64,000 nt of DNA from Adineta vaga (taxonomy: Eukaryota; Animalia; Rotifera). The DNA lies in the NCBI GenBank assembly GCA_021613535.1, contig CP075496.1:15160635-15224634 (forward strand), given 5' to 3'. The first letter of the stretch is position 1. Each line of letters begins with the position of its first letter. The position numbers and the translations under genes were made by a program. The notes below the pieces were generated by a model. That model worked only from the letters and a program-made list of their open reading frames with translations, was not told the DNA's origin and did not search any database. Of the stretch, positions 54,501 to 64,000 are shown one piece after another.

Positions 54501-54676
54501 ATGACAATTTTGATTGCGAAAGAATGTGCATTTATAATTTTCCTACGGATGATGGAGAATACTTAACTCATAGCATATTTAAAATTGGAAGCAAAATGAG
54601 TATTATCAATCCGTATCTACGTTTATGTGCAAGTGAAAATAAACCAATGATTCGTGTTGATGATTTTTCGTCGATT
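51564..54676 (+). pseudogene. HEPN (DZIP3-like)-TPR-SEL1-TPR protein; frameshift at ~53380 and 3' end cut by hairpin site 18
   Basis: WDLSTL...LRNIRNNIAH (RxxxxH), TPR (WWKGHMRIG...FEQALALDP), SEL1 repeats (YFTKAAEQGNAEGMYNLA). The ORF runs into GGGTGTG at 54682. Confidence 0.75.
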
Positions 54677-54727
54677 TTGATGGGTGTGAATGATAGATCG
54701 GTGTAGTACCTACTCACCCACACCCTT
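54677..54727. repeat. Telomeric-repeat hairpin site 18
   Basis: TTGATGGGTGTGAATG ... CTCACCCACACCCTT. Confidence 0.85.
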
Positions 54728-54884
54728 CCTAATAAAATTTAACCAATCATCTCGAAATCGATGCCAATAATACGTTTGTTTTGTTGGATAATGTTGAGTC
54801 AGAGGAGGAGATGATGATGGCTGAAGAAGAAGAGAAAAATAATGAAGATGATATGAGAATAAACTACTTTTTTTTTCCAAGCCA

Positions 54885-55224
54885 CTAACAAAAAATAAAT
54901 TTCATATCACCATTTAATGAACGATATAATTGAAATGTAAAGTTATCTCTCGTGACACATAGTGATTGTCTAACGATAGATTCACTGTATTGACCAATAA
55001 TACTTATTTTTAAGTTGTGAATCTCTTCAAATCGAAAATGTCGAACTCGTTTAATTGTATCTATATCTATTTGATTCCGAATGGATAATTCACAAAGTTG
55101 AGGCATTGTAACTGATAAGGGCACATATGTTAATATATGATCTATTGAGTAAAGAGATAAATGTTTTATTTGATTTAGATTAATTTTCGATCTAAGGATT
55201 GAAATTGATATAGGAAATCCCATT
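54885..55224 (-). pseudogene. Internal fragment of an F-box/LRR-like gene between two hairpin sites
   Basis: INLNQIKHLSL....MPQLCELSI...IHNLKISI leucine-rich pattern; starts at hairpin site 19. Confidence 0.45.
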
Positions 55225-55281
55225 TTAAGGGTGTGGCTGTGGATGAAGAAGAATATCCAGCCACACCCACATCCTCGAGAT
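55225..55281. repeat. Telomeric-repeat hairpin site 19
   Basis: TTAAGGGTGTGGCTGTGGATGAAGAAG ... CAGCCACACCCACATCCTCGAGAT. Confidence 0.85.
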
Positions 55282-55809
55282 TTCGAGTAGAATTGGTAAA
55301 ATAAGGCACAAACCTCAGATTATCTAATTATCTATTGTAATGCTCGCTTAAAAGTGTGGTTTTTGTCGCATGTATCATATATCCTCACCGAAAGTACACC
55401 TTCACACAAAATTCTTTCTTCCATATGTTTATTTTCTACTATATCTTGTATAAAATTTATTGTCGAGTGAGATATAACTAGAGCTTTATTACATTGCAAT
55501 CGTTTTATCATACTGAAATAAAACTCTCAAGTCATATCTCTACTAGACAATAAATTTTATACAAAGTATGATACCAAAGAAACAAAGAGGGAAAATATTT
55601 CTGTTCGTAGGTGTATCTCATATTTGGATTCATTTTTCTATAAAAAATTGTTTTTCAAAAGAGTTCAAGATATATGACACTGGTTTGGTGCTACCTATAG
55701 ATTGCTATCATCTATATCTGGTTGTGACAATTTTTTTCCCCATTCTTTGTGCATTAAAAGTCATCAAAACTCAAGTAAGAAAAGAATTAAAAATCAGAGA
55801 AAAATCTTT

Positions 55810-55869
55810 AAAGGATGGATGTGGGTGTGAGTAAAGAAGAGGTACCTTGACTAACATCCACACCCTCAA
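55810..55869. repeat. Telomeric-repeat hairpin site 20
   Basis: AAGGATGGATGTGGGTGTGAG ... CATCCACACCCTCAA. Confidence 0.8.
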
Positions 55870-56391
55870 CATGACTCTATTCATGAATGTTTGAGGATTT
55901 TGCATATCTTGGAAGATAATGTGGTGAGCGATGTATCAATATGTAACTCAAACTGACAGTCCTACAGAGTTCTTATCAATGATTCATAAAGCACAACATT
56001 GAAGGTTTCAAGAGCACTGATAATAAAAATATACACAGTAATATATAACATGCGGACAAAAAAACTTGCAATCAACAAATGATTGAAAATTTTCCGCTGA
56101 TTTTAAATATGCAAATTAGTATGATAATATGTTTTAATGAATAATGAAACAAGAACAAAAGAAATGTAAGCAATGACGTATTCTCTCTCTCTCACATACT
56201 ATCAAGAACACTACAAGGCAATTGTTAGTTGTTCTTACAAAGTCCTTATCAATGATTCATAATGCTCCTTTAAACACTATGGGCGTTATAAGAATCTCAA
56301 TGATAAAAATATGCATGAGAATAGATAACATACGAAAAAAAAGATCTTTAAACATTTCATTTTCATATAACCTTTCTTTTTAAGAACATCA

Positions 56392-57946
56392 ATGTTTGTT
56401 TCGAAAATGCTTTTCTATATTCTTCATCTAATCTCCCTGTTAACTTTCATTGAATCCCAAACATTCTGTCTGGATAATACTAATGTCACATGCAATTGTA
56501 ATAACGATAAAAGTTTAGTAACTTGTATTGAAAATCATCCAAGTGATCAAATGCTTATTGATTGGTCAACATTTGCATCAACTGAACATATATATGCTGC
56601 ATTTCATTTTATCAATTTCACTCGTTTAACATCACAAACATTTACATCATTTTCATCACAATTTTCTTCACTTCACCAGGTCAATTTAAGTTTTATAAAT
56701 GGAATTGATCAAATAGCAGAAAATAGTTTTGAACTATTGAATCATTTTTCCAAAATACCAAAATATATTCGATTTTATTCACCAAGAAATTTTCAACTTG
56801 CTGATTATGCCTTTAGTAATACAGAATATCAAGAATTAACTATTGACAATATTTAATATAATGATATTTATGCTCAACCATATCAACTCAATTTAAAAGC
56901 ATTTGATAATACAACTATTGTTGAAATGAGTATTCTAAATTCAAAAGAAATTCAATTGATTTCCAATCAATCATCGATTTTATATTGGACGGATGTTTTC
57001 TTCAATAATATTACATTAACAAATATTGATCATCTTTATGATAGTTTATCACCTAATTCCTTAACAAATTTAGATTTATCATCTAGTATGGCATTGTTCA
57101 TTTTCCTTCTTTGATTAAATTTCCTCATATTATAATTCTTAATTTACATAATAATTATATTTCAGAAATAAGATCTAATTTATTCACGAGTAAAAATCTA
57201 CTGTATGAAATTGATTTATCACAAAATCGAATAAAACGAATCGCACATGATGCATTTATTCATTTGCAATTTTTAACTCGTTTAGTTTTAAATGATAATC
57301 ATTTAACATCATTGGAAACTGTGACAAATAATAATGAAATAATATCATTTTTATCTCCATTGAATCGAACATTACGTTCTCTTATTTTATCAAACAATTT
57401 TCTTTCTAATTTCGATGTATTACAAGACTTTTCATATTTGGAAGTATTAAATATAGATTATAATTTAATTCAAAAATTAAATGAAAATTCATTAAAAAAT
57501 GCACGTAGACTTCGAGTAATTAATTTGAGTCATAATCAAATTGAATTTATTCATCCATTAGTTTTTAATCATACAAGTTTGGAAATTCTTGATTTAAGTT
57601 CGAATCCAATTTCTTCATTAGAAACAATAACAACAATTTATGATGAAGAATTTCAATCTAAAAATCAAACAACTTCATTTCTTTATAATATACCATCAAC
57701 TCTTACTAAATTATCATTAGCAAATTGTACCAATTTAATTGAAATAAATTGGTTTATTTTTATGAAATTAAAAGAATTATCATCATTAGATCTTTCTGGA
57801 ATAACAAAAACGGATAGATTCTGGTTATTAGAATCGAATGATGGTACACCAATTCAATGGAATCATGAATTATATGATATTAACATTCTTATTCATGGTA
57901 TTCAGTTCAATAATGATGATTATTGTTTATCAAAACCAATATTTAA
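56392..57946 (+). pseudogene. Secreted/extracellular LRR protein, stop at 56854, 3' end replaced by unrelated repeat DNA
   Basis: Signal peptide, LRRNT-like C.....C.C, typical LxxLxLxxNxI repeats; composition changes abruptly at ~57947. Confidence 0.75.
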
Positions 57947-58226
57947 GAGTAGTGTAGAAACCGTTAATTCGATTCGAGTATTAAACTTCTTCTTCAACTT
58001 CTAAACTTATAAAGTTAGAATTCGAGTACTCGAATTTTAAACTAATCAGTTCTGCAAGTATGCTAACGTATGGTATCGTCGACTATTTTAAATGTGCATT
58101 TAAGTAATATGCGGTAAATGCTTCGCTGACTGTCATTCATCGGTGTCTCTCACGCTGAGAAGGCTTTTCGTGTGTCCAGTGTGACAGACGGGTTCGTAGT
58201 GCCCTCACTTTGTTCTATGCGTTCCA

Positions 58227-58297
58227 ACACCCTCACCCACACCCACACCCACACCCTTCTGTATATAATATAGAGAAGATGTTGAGGATGAGGGTGA
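58227..58297. repeat. Telomeric site 21 with arms in reverse order (C-arm, then G-arm)
   Basis: ACACCCTCACCCACACCCACACCCACACCCTT-~23 nt-TTGAGGATGAGGGTGA. Confidence 0.8.
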
Positions 58298-58934
58298 TTG
58301 TTCGCTTTGTACAGTTCTTACAATTACTATCATTACCAAATTTTCCAGGATGGGTACTTAGATTTAGAGAACATCAACATGGCATACTTGGGCGTTTGTT
58401 AACGCTATCGAAGTTTCCAATAAGGTTGGCATATCTGAAATAGAATTGAATTCCAAAGGTGTTTCAGTTCTACAGATATTCCTATTTACACTTTCTTTGA
58501 TTCTCTAACACAGCTCAATAAACTTTACCTGTTTCGAAGATGAATTGTTTTCTTTTTTGTTAAATTTCAATCAAAGAATGAGTCAACGTTAGAATATTTT
58601 CTGTGGTTAAAAGCTCTGTTTTTGTATGAATTTTCAATTTCGATGTGCGTAAGCAAAGAAACCTACGCAAGTAATTAATTCGTCTGCGACTACAATGCAT
58701 TAAAATGCCAGAAACAATTTTTTCGAATTACTCATTTAAAAAAAACGAATTCATGACTTTCCATTTATGGTTAAGGATCTGGGCAAAAAATGCATTATAA
58801 GCATTCAATGACTCATGACAAAAGAAAAATGTTTAATTCCAAGTGGTATATAAACATTGACGAAAACAAATGCAGTACTATATCATTATAATTTCTTTTT
58901 CTCTTATTCATACATATTATTTAGTTTTTAATAA

Positions 58935-61544
58935 ATGGAATTTCAAAAGTGTCGATACAATGATAAAATTGTAGAGATACCTGTTCGATATGTAAAAAAG
59001 AATAAATATTTATTCTTACAAGATGTTCATGATTATTTTATTGGTATTCGAAGATTTACAATTGACGAAGAGCTAATAGAATTCGAACAAGACAACAATA
59101 ATCAACTAATTTATCCACAACGAATTCCAGCTTCAACTCGATATGTAATCGATTGTCATACATCAATGTCTTCAGACAGTGCTATCTCATCAGAACGCAA
59201 CGTTTTAAATACAGTTGTAGATAATATTGAAATTCTTAAAACAAAACTCGATGTTATTCAACGTCAAATATATGAAACAGCAGAATACACCATACCCCAT
59301 CTTTTCATTGTATTACCGGTTGAAACACCTTCTTACAATCCTTCAAAATGGCTTCATTATAAATATCGTTTGCATTTTCTATGCGATTGTGCAAACGACA
59401 ATGAACGCCATTTTGCTCTTCATGATGGATATGAAATAAAGGAACCACGTGAATTCTTTCAGAAATATGGACCTTATCTTCGTAAGACGTTAACTGTAAT
59501 TAAATATATGGCATCCGTCGGAAGCATCGCTGTTCCACAACTATCATCGATCTTTACGAAATTACACAATATTAATATTTTACAAAAAAAGGAATTTTGG
59601 GATAATATTATTCATAAAGTAGAACAAACAGATGAGATTTTGGCGAAAGCTCAAACAAATATAAATATTTCAACCGAAAGAAATATTCAAGAAGGAAACG
59701 GTCCTGCATTACGGCAAATTCGAAAATATTTGAAAAAAGTAGATGAAAATGATACATTAGGAAATTTATACCGTACTGTTACATCTAATGGACAAGTTCG
59801 ATGGGTATGTATTGATCATTATAATAAACAACATTCAACTAATCGAATTAAACAATTCCGAAATGAATTTGAACGATTAGGTGGAAAAATAGAAGATAAT
59901 ATTGTTATCATAGATAAATTAAATGAAAAAGTTTTCTCAGAAATCAACAAATTATTAAATCAAGGTTTAACAATCGATACTATAAGTATCAAAGATGTCA
60001 AAATAACAGAAGATCTATTTTCAAAATTTCTCAATATTATTTCAAGAAAAATTAGAATTAATAAACTTAAATTAGAAAACATTTTCCTGACAAATTTTAG
60101 AATAAAAACTTCGAAACAAAAAATCATTTCAATGCTTAATGATGCATTAGAAAGCAATCGTCAACTTATCATTGAATATACATTTACAAAATTAATGGAC
60201 AAATTTCAATCAAAATTTTTCGATACTATTAAAGAAACAAATTCGCGATTGAAATTCACCATTCAACCAGAAGAAATAGAATCTTCATTTAAATTATTTG
60301 GAACAAATGAAACTGGATTTGTTCTATCTTTAGAAAGTATTGACGAAAAAAGTATTAAAAATATCTTTCAACAATTGAACATATCAACACTTCATTTACA
60401 GAATGCAGATCTTTCCGACAATCTATGGAATACTATTCTTACTTTCGCTATTAACAGTCGAACTCTCGAAGAAATTACTATAGATTATAATGTAATACCA
60501 GTTACAACTCAAAAACAGATATTTCATCTTTGTGAAAATAGAAATTTAAAAACATTACATATGAAGAATGTACAAATGGGTGTCTGTGAAAAAATCTTTC
60601 GAATGTTAAAAAATCAAAATACTTTGGAAACATTTTCTTTGACATCATCTACTTATTATCTTGAAATAGATTTTAGTTCTATATTATCAGAAAATGATCA
60701 ATCAATGTTCAGTTCATCTGTTAAATGGCATACTAATGAAAATAATAATATGAAAATTATTACAAATCTTCTTCAAATCATTCCAGTTCAACAATTGACA
60801 TTGGAATTAGTGCATACTGATTGTGATACATCACTTAAACAATTAGCAGAAACTATTAATCAACTATCATCATTAAAAATTCTAGAACTTAAAAACAAAA
60901 TTGGTTATGCAATTTTTTATCAAGAAAAACGAATTTTTAGAACAAGAAGTAATGTACTTAAACCACAGTTACTCCCTGCACAAGTTAAGAAACCTTCTCT
61001 GCGCAAAAGACTGAGAAAATCTCTATTGTTTCTTAGTTGTATTAGTCCTAAACGTTCCCATTCTTCTCAAATAGAAACTACTGAACCCGTACAGTCTCTT
61101 AGAGAAATCGAAGTATCTGATCAATCTTTCTCTCAAAGTTTCTCACATCCACTTTACAAACATATACAAGAAATTGCATTAAACTTTACATTAAAACAAT
61201 TACAAATCAATATTAATCGTGATATAAATATAAGTCATCTTGTTTCGGATATACAATCAAATTCAACAGTATCTCATCTACGATTTGCTGGACAAATACG
61301 AGAAAATGATATGACAACATTAATTAAAGCTGTTCGTAAAAATACGATAATATCTCATTTATCTTTGAGAGAAATTGAGATTTCATTTACTAATCTTCGG
61401 CAAATCTTTGATGTATTCTATGATAATCAAAACTTAAACGTATTAGAAATTCATCCTTGTACATCGGATACTGATCGAGAGTTATTTCAACAAGAAATTA
61501 ATAAGGCACGCTCTGAAAATCGTACTTTGCAAGTTTTATTTTGA
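58935..61544 (+). CDS. 869-aa intronless protein: COR/Roco-associated-like domain plus RNI-like LRR region
   Basis: PHLFIVLP, YRLHFLCDC, HDGYEIKEPREFFQKYGPYL and LGNLYRTVTSNGQVRWVCIDHY, followed by degenerate LRRs. Confidence 0.7.
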   Translation: MEFQKCRYNDKIVEIPVRYVKKNKYLFLQDVHDYFIGIRRFTIDEELIEFEQDNNNQLIYPQRIPASTRYVIDCHTSMSSDSAISSERNVLNTVVDNIEILKTKLDVIQRQIYETAEYTIPHLFIVLPVETPSYNPSKWLHYKYRLHFLCDCANDNERHFALHDGYEIKEPREFFQKYGPYLRKTLTVIKYMASVGSIAVPQLSSIFTKLHNINILQKKEFWDNIIHKVEQTDEILAKAQTNINISTERNIQEGNGPALRQIRKYLKKVDENDTLGNLYRTVTSNGQVRWVCIDHYNKQHSTNRIKQFRNEFERLGGKIEDNIVIIDKLNEKVFSEINKLLNQGLTIDTISIKDVKITEDLFSKFLNIISRKIRINKLKLENIFLTNFRIKTSKQKIISMLNDALESNRQLIIEYTFTKLMDKFQSKFFDTIKETNSRLKFTIQPEEIESSFKLFGTNETGFVLSLESIDEKSIKNIFQQLNISTLHLQNADLSDNLWNTILTFAINSRTLEEITIDYNVIPVTTQKQIFHLCENRNLKTLHMKNVQMGVCEKIFRMLKNQNTLETFSLTSSTYYLEIDFSSILSENDQSMFSSSVKWHTNENNNMKIITNLLQIIPVQQLTLELVHTDCDTSLKQLAETINQLSSLKILELKNKIGYAIFYQEKRIFRTRSNVLKPQLLPAQVKKPSLRKRLRKSLLFLSCISPKRSHSSQIETTEPVQSLREIEVSDQSFSQSFSHPLYKHIQEIALNFTLKQLQININRDINISHLVSDIQSNSTVSHLRFAGQIRENDMTTLIKAVRKNTIISHLSLREIEISFTNLRQIFDVFYDNQNLNVLEIHPCTSDTDRELFQQEINKARSENRTLQVLF

Positions 61545-62029
61545 ACTTAACTTGTTTTTATATTTTTCTGTATAATATTATTTATTTCTTTTTAAATAAA
61601 AGTGGTCTCAGACACCCTATAATCTTTATAATTAAGTTATTGAATAAGAAAAACAAAAACTACTAACGAACATTCTACTTCAAGTTGAATATCATCATCA
61701 AATAGACAGCCATCAAGGTCGAACCACAGTAGTAAAGTCCCGAAAATAGCTGCCTTCATGACTGTTAAGCTGAATTTATGTTTTGAACTGATCGACACAA
61801 AAAATTGTACAAAATTATCGGATAAACGCTTCATTTGTAATGATACAATCTGAGAATATCACATATTCTCACACAGTTCTCAAAATTCGAGAGAAACATG
61901 TTACAAAAAAAAGACTTTGTCTATTCTTCTTTGTCCTCTATTATAAATAGAAAAGCTTTATTTGATATTTCTTTGATGAAAATAATCATCCTTATCGACA
62001 CATTCTCAAAGTAGCTTTGATTATTATGA

Positions 62030-62335
62030 GTAATAACATGTTTATCAATCCAATCAAGTACATTCTCCAGAACCTCTTCTCATTTTAAATCATTATGCAA
62101 TTCATGCATATGATTTGGGCAATTCTTGAATGTTACATCATCACCTTTAACTCGATTTGTAACCCATTGTCGAATAGTTTCAATGGGCGTAACTGTATCA
62201 TCAATACCATGTTGAATCAACACTAGAACTGGAAAATGCAAAACAGTTGTTTCTAATGAATAACCTGTTTCAAGAAATAAAGAAATAGTGCGTGCTCGCC
62301 ATCTATCGTGCCCTAGTGGATCTTCACGATAAGCT
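62030..62335 (-). pseudogene. 3' fragment of an alpha/beta hydrolase (monoacylglycerol lipase/lysophospholipase)
   Basis: AYREDPL, PVLVLIQHGIDDTVTP, HELHND; 5' part replaced by hairpin site 22. Confidence 0.8.
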
Positions 62336-62380
62336 TTGAGGGTGTGGGTGTGATTCAAGTAGAAATACACTCACACCCTT
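62336..62380. repeat. Telomeric-repeat hairpin site 22
   Basis: TTGAGGGTGTGGGTGTGA ... ACACTCACACCCTT. Confidence 0.9.
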
Positions 62381-62624
62381 TATACTAAAACCAAAGTTAA
62401 GACGTACGATACTCGTTAAAGGAGTAACGGTTTTCTCTCGCTACTTGTAAGCGTACCTTCATCCTCATCTATATTAATGCAGAACAGTAGATAGTAGTGA
62501 CTTCTTTGAAATATTCTATTTGAAAGTCATACTGTTTGTTAATTCAAAAACAATTCAGAAATATATAAATTATTTTATCAATGTTCTTTGATGCGTTCTC
62601 TTTAGGTAAATTGTATCTCTTGTT

Positions 62625-63740
62625 TTAACGACTGATAAATGTACCAAGAATAAACGCTATTAATCCAAGTATAATATACCACGGTGATACTGAACGAATA
62701 ATATTTCTCGACATCGACTTTTCTATCGCTGACTGCTGAACTGGTCTATGTAGTGATCGTGAGGGCGTTAATGGATCACCAAGAGCTTTCAAACGACTAT
62801 AAATTGCATTTACAACATTATTATCATCCTCGTTTGAAATATCCATATAACCATCAATACTTTTGCCATCAACTGATAATAACATAATTCGGTCAAAAGA
62901 AAGAATTGATAAACATAGTTTTATTAATTCTTTACGTGAATAATCATCACACATAAAGACAACAATCAATCTTGTTTGATATCGATAGATTGTATGTAAA
63001 TAAAGATCTAAATTTGGACGAGCTAATTCTGCTTTACGATATTTATCATAAAAAATTCGTTCTCTTCCATTTTGTCCATTGATTTTTTCACAAAGTTTTT
63101 CTGCTATGCTGCAAACTCGTTCACGTATATCACCTAGAAAGTAAAGAAATAATTCTTTTTTTAAAGTAAATATTTCCATAATTAAATATTAAACCTGGAA
63201 ATGAAAATGCAACATCAAATCGATGTGCATATTTATCGATAAAATATGCATCAAGTAATTGTCCAAATCGATCAAAATCTTTTTTCTTTTGATCAGATGT
63301 CAAATTGTTTGTATAATAAACTCTATAACGTTCATAATTCTAAAATTAATTCAAATATAATGATGAAAGATTTTAACTTCACTCTTAAGATGATTTTACT
63401 TTTAATTTAAATTTAAATATTTTTGCAAGAGCTACACCAACTTTAGGGTGGGTGTGGGTGCTCATATCTTCCATTACCCATACTCATCCTCAAGATGATT
63501 TACCTATTATTCTATTATCACCGGTTGCATTTGTACTAGTTTGTTCATTTGTCAAATTTTCGCTAATTATGTCATCAGTTAATGATATCGATTGAGAAAG
63601 TGGAGTATTTTCTAAAGATAAAGGCAAAAGAATTAATTGAAAAATAATTCTTTATATTTACCTTCTAGCGACGACGACATACTTCAATAAATCATTGATA
63701 TATTACCTTTCCTATCTAAGAAAATCTTTTTAAAATTTAT
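62625..63740 (-). CDS. TIR (TIR_2, bacterial-like) domain protein with C-terminal TM; multi-exon, 5' end uncertain
   Basis: RFDVAFSFP|GDIRERV..IAEKL...IFYD...ELARPNLDLYL..IY......VVF...Y..KE; intron ~63135-63194; C-terminal hydrophobic helix. Confidence 0.7.
63443..63496. repeat. Telomeric-repeat hairpin site 23 (apparently inside a TIR-gene intron)
   Basis: TTAGGGTGGGTGTGGGTG ... CCCATACTCATCCTCAAGAT; on the minus strand it follows a GTAAAT donor. Confidence 0.85.
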
Positions 63741-64000
63741 TATTCTGTCCATAGCAATTCACAATATTTATAAGATGATGATAAAGAGAATTTTGTGTTG
63801 ACTGATAAGGTTTTTTTATGCCTTTTGAAAGAGAAAAACTTTGCATATATATACGTGATAGCGTAGAAGTGTTTTTTAAATGTATAGAATAAAAACAAAA
63901 CAGTTTTTTACAAGGAAAGAAAATGAGAAGATATACAATAAAGCCTTTTTCTATTTTATTTTAAAAAAAAGCTTGTCAGCGTAGCCCCTTTGAGGCTAAA

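Noticed and set aside
2985-63496. CRISPR array or bacterial integron interpretation of the repeated hairpins
   Set aside because: Spacing is irregular (0.1-13 kb), cargo has spliceosomal introns, and there is no cas or integrase gene. Only the cassette analogy is kept.
1-64000. rRNA or tRNA genes; prokaryotic origin of the contig
   Set aside because: No recognisable rRNA or tRNA. The many in-phase GT-AG introns and metazoan-type genes (CYP4, LTA4H) show the DNA is eukaryotic.

Overview
AT-rich eukaryotic DNA with many ~50-70 nt GT-AG introns. The gene families (ART-NHL, FG-GAP, Kelch, Cys-rich multi-TM repeats, non-metazoan-type enzymes) and the (TGTGGG)/(TGAGGG) repeats point to a bdelloid rotifer (inference). 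The first ~33 kb holds mostly intact spliced genes: FG-GAP and Kelch stalked membrane proteins, a ~1200-aa multi-TM protein and a fungal-type AA11 LPMO. It also holds a frameshifted hevein-GH19 chitinase, many MITEs and minisatellites. The last ~31 kb is a patchwork of ~0.1-6 kb segments carrying small peptide genes, defence-type genes (ART-NHL, HEPN-TPR-SEL1, LRR, TIR) and truncated pseudogenes. The most striking unexplained structure is 23 short telomere-repeat sites, 19 of them after 33.4 kb. Most are hairpins of the form TTGAGGGTGTGGGTG-(15-40 nt)-CACCCACACCCTCAAGA. Many sit exactly where a gene or transposon is cut and joined to unrelated DNA, so the region reads like telomere-capped gene-sized fragments fused end to end. 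One telomeric tract abuts a pair of type I hammerhead ribozymes. All calls are from reading the sequence by eye; no searches were run.
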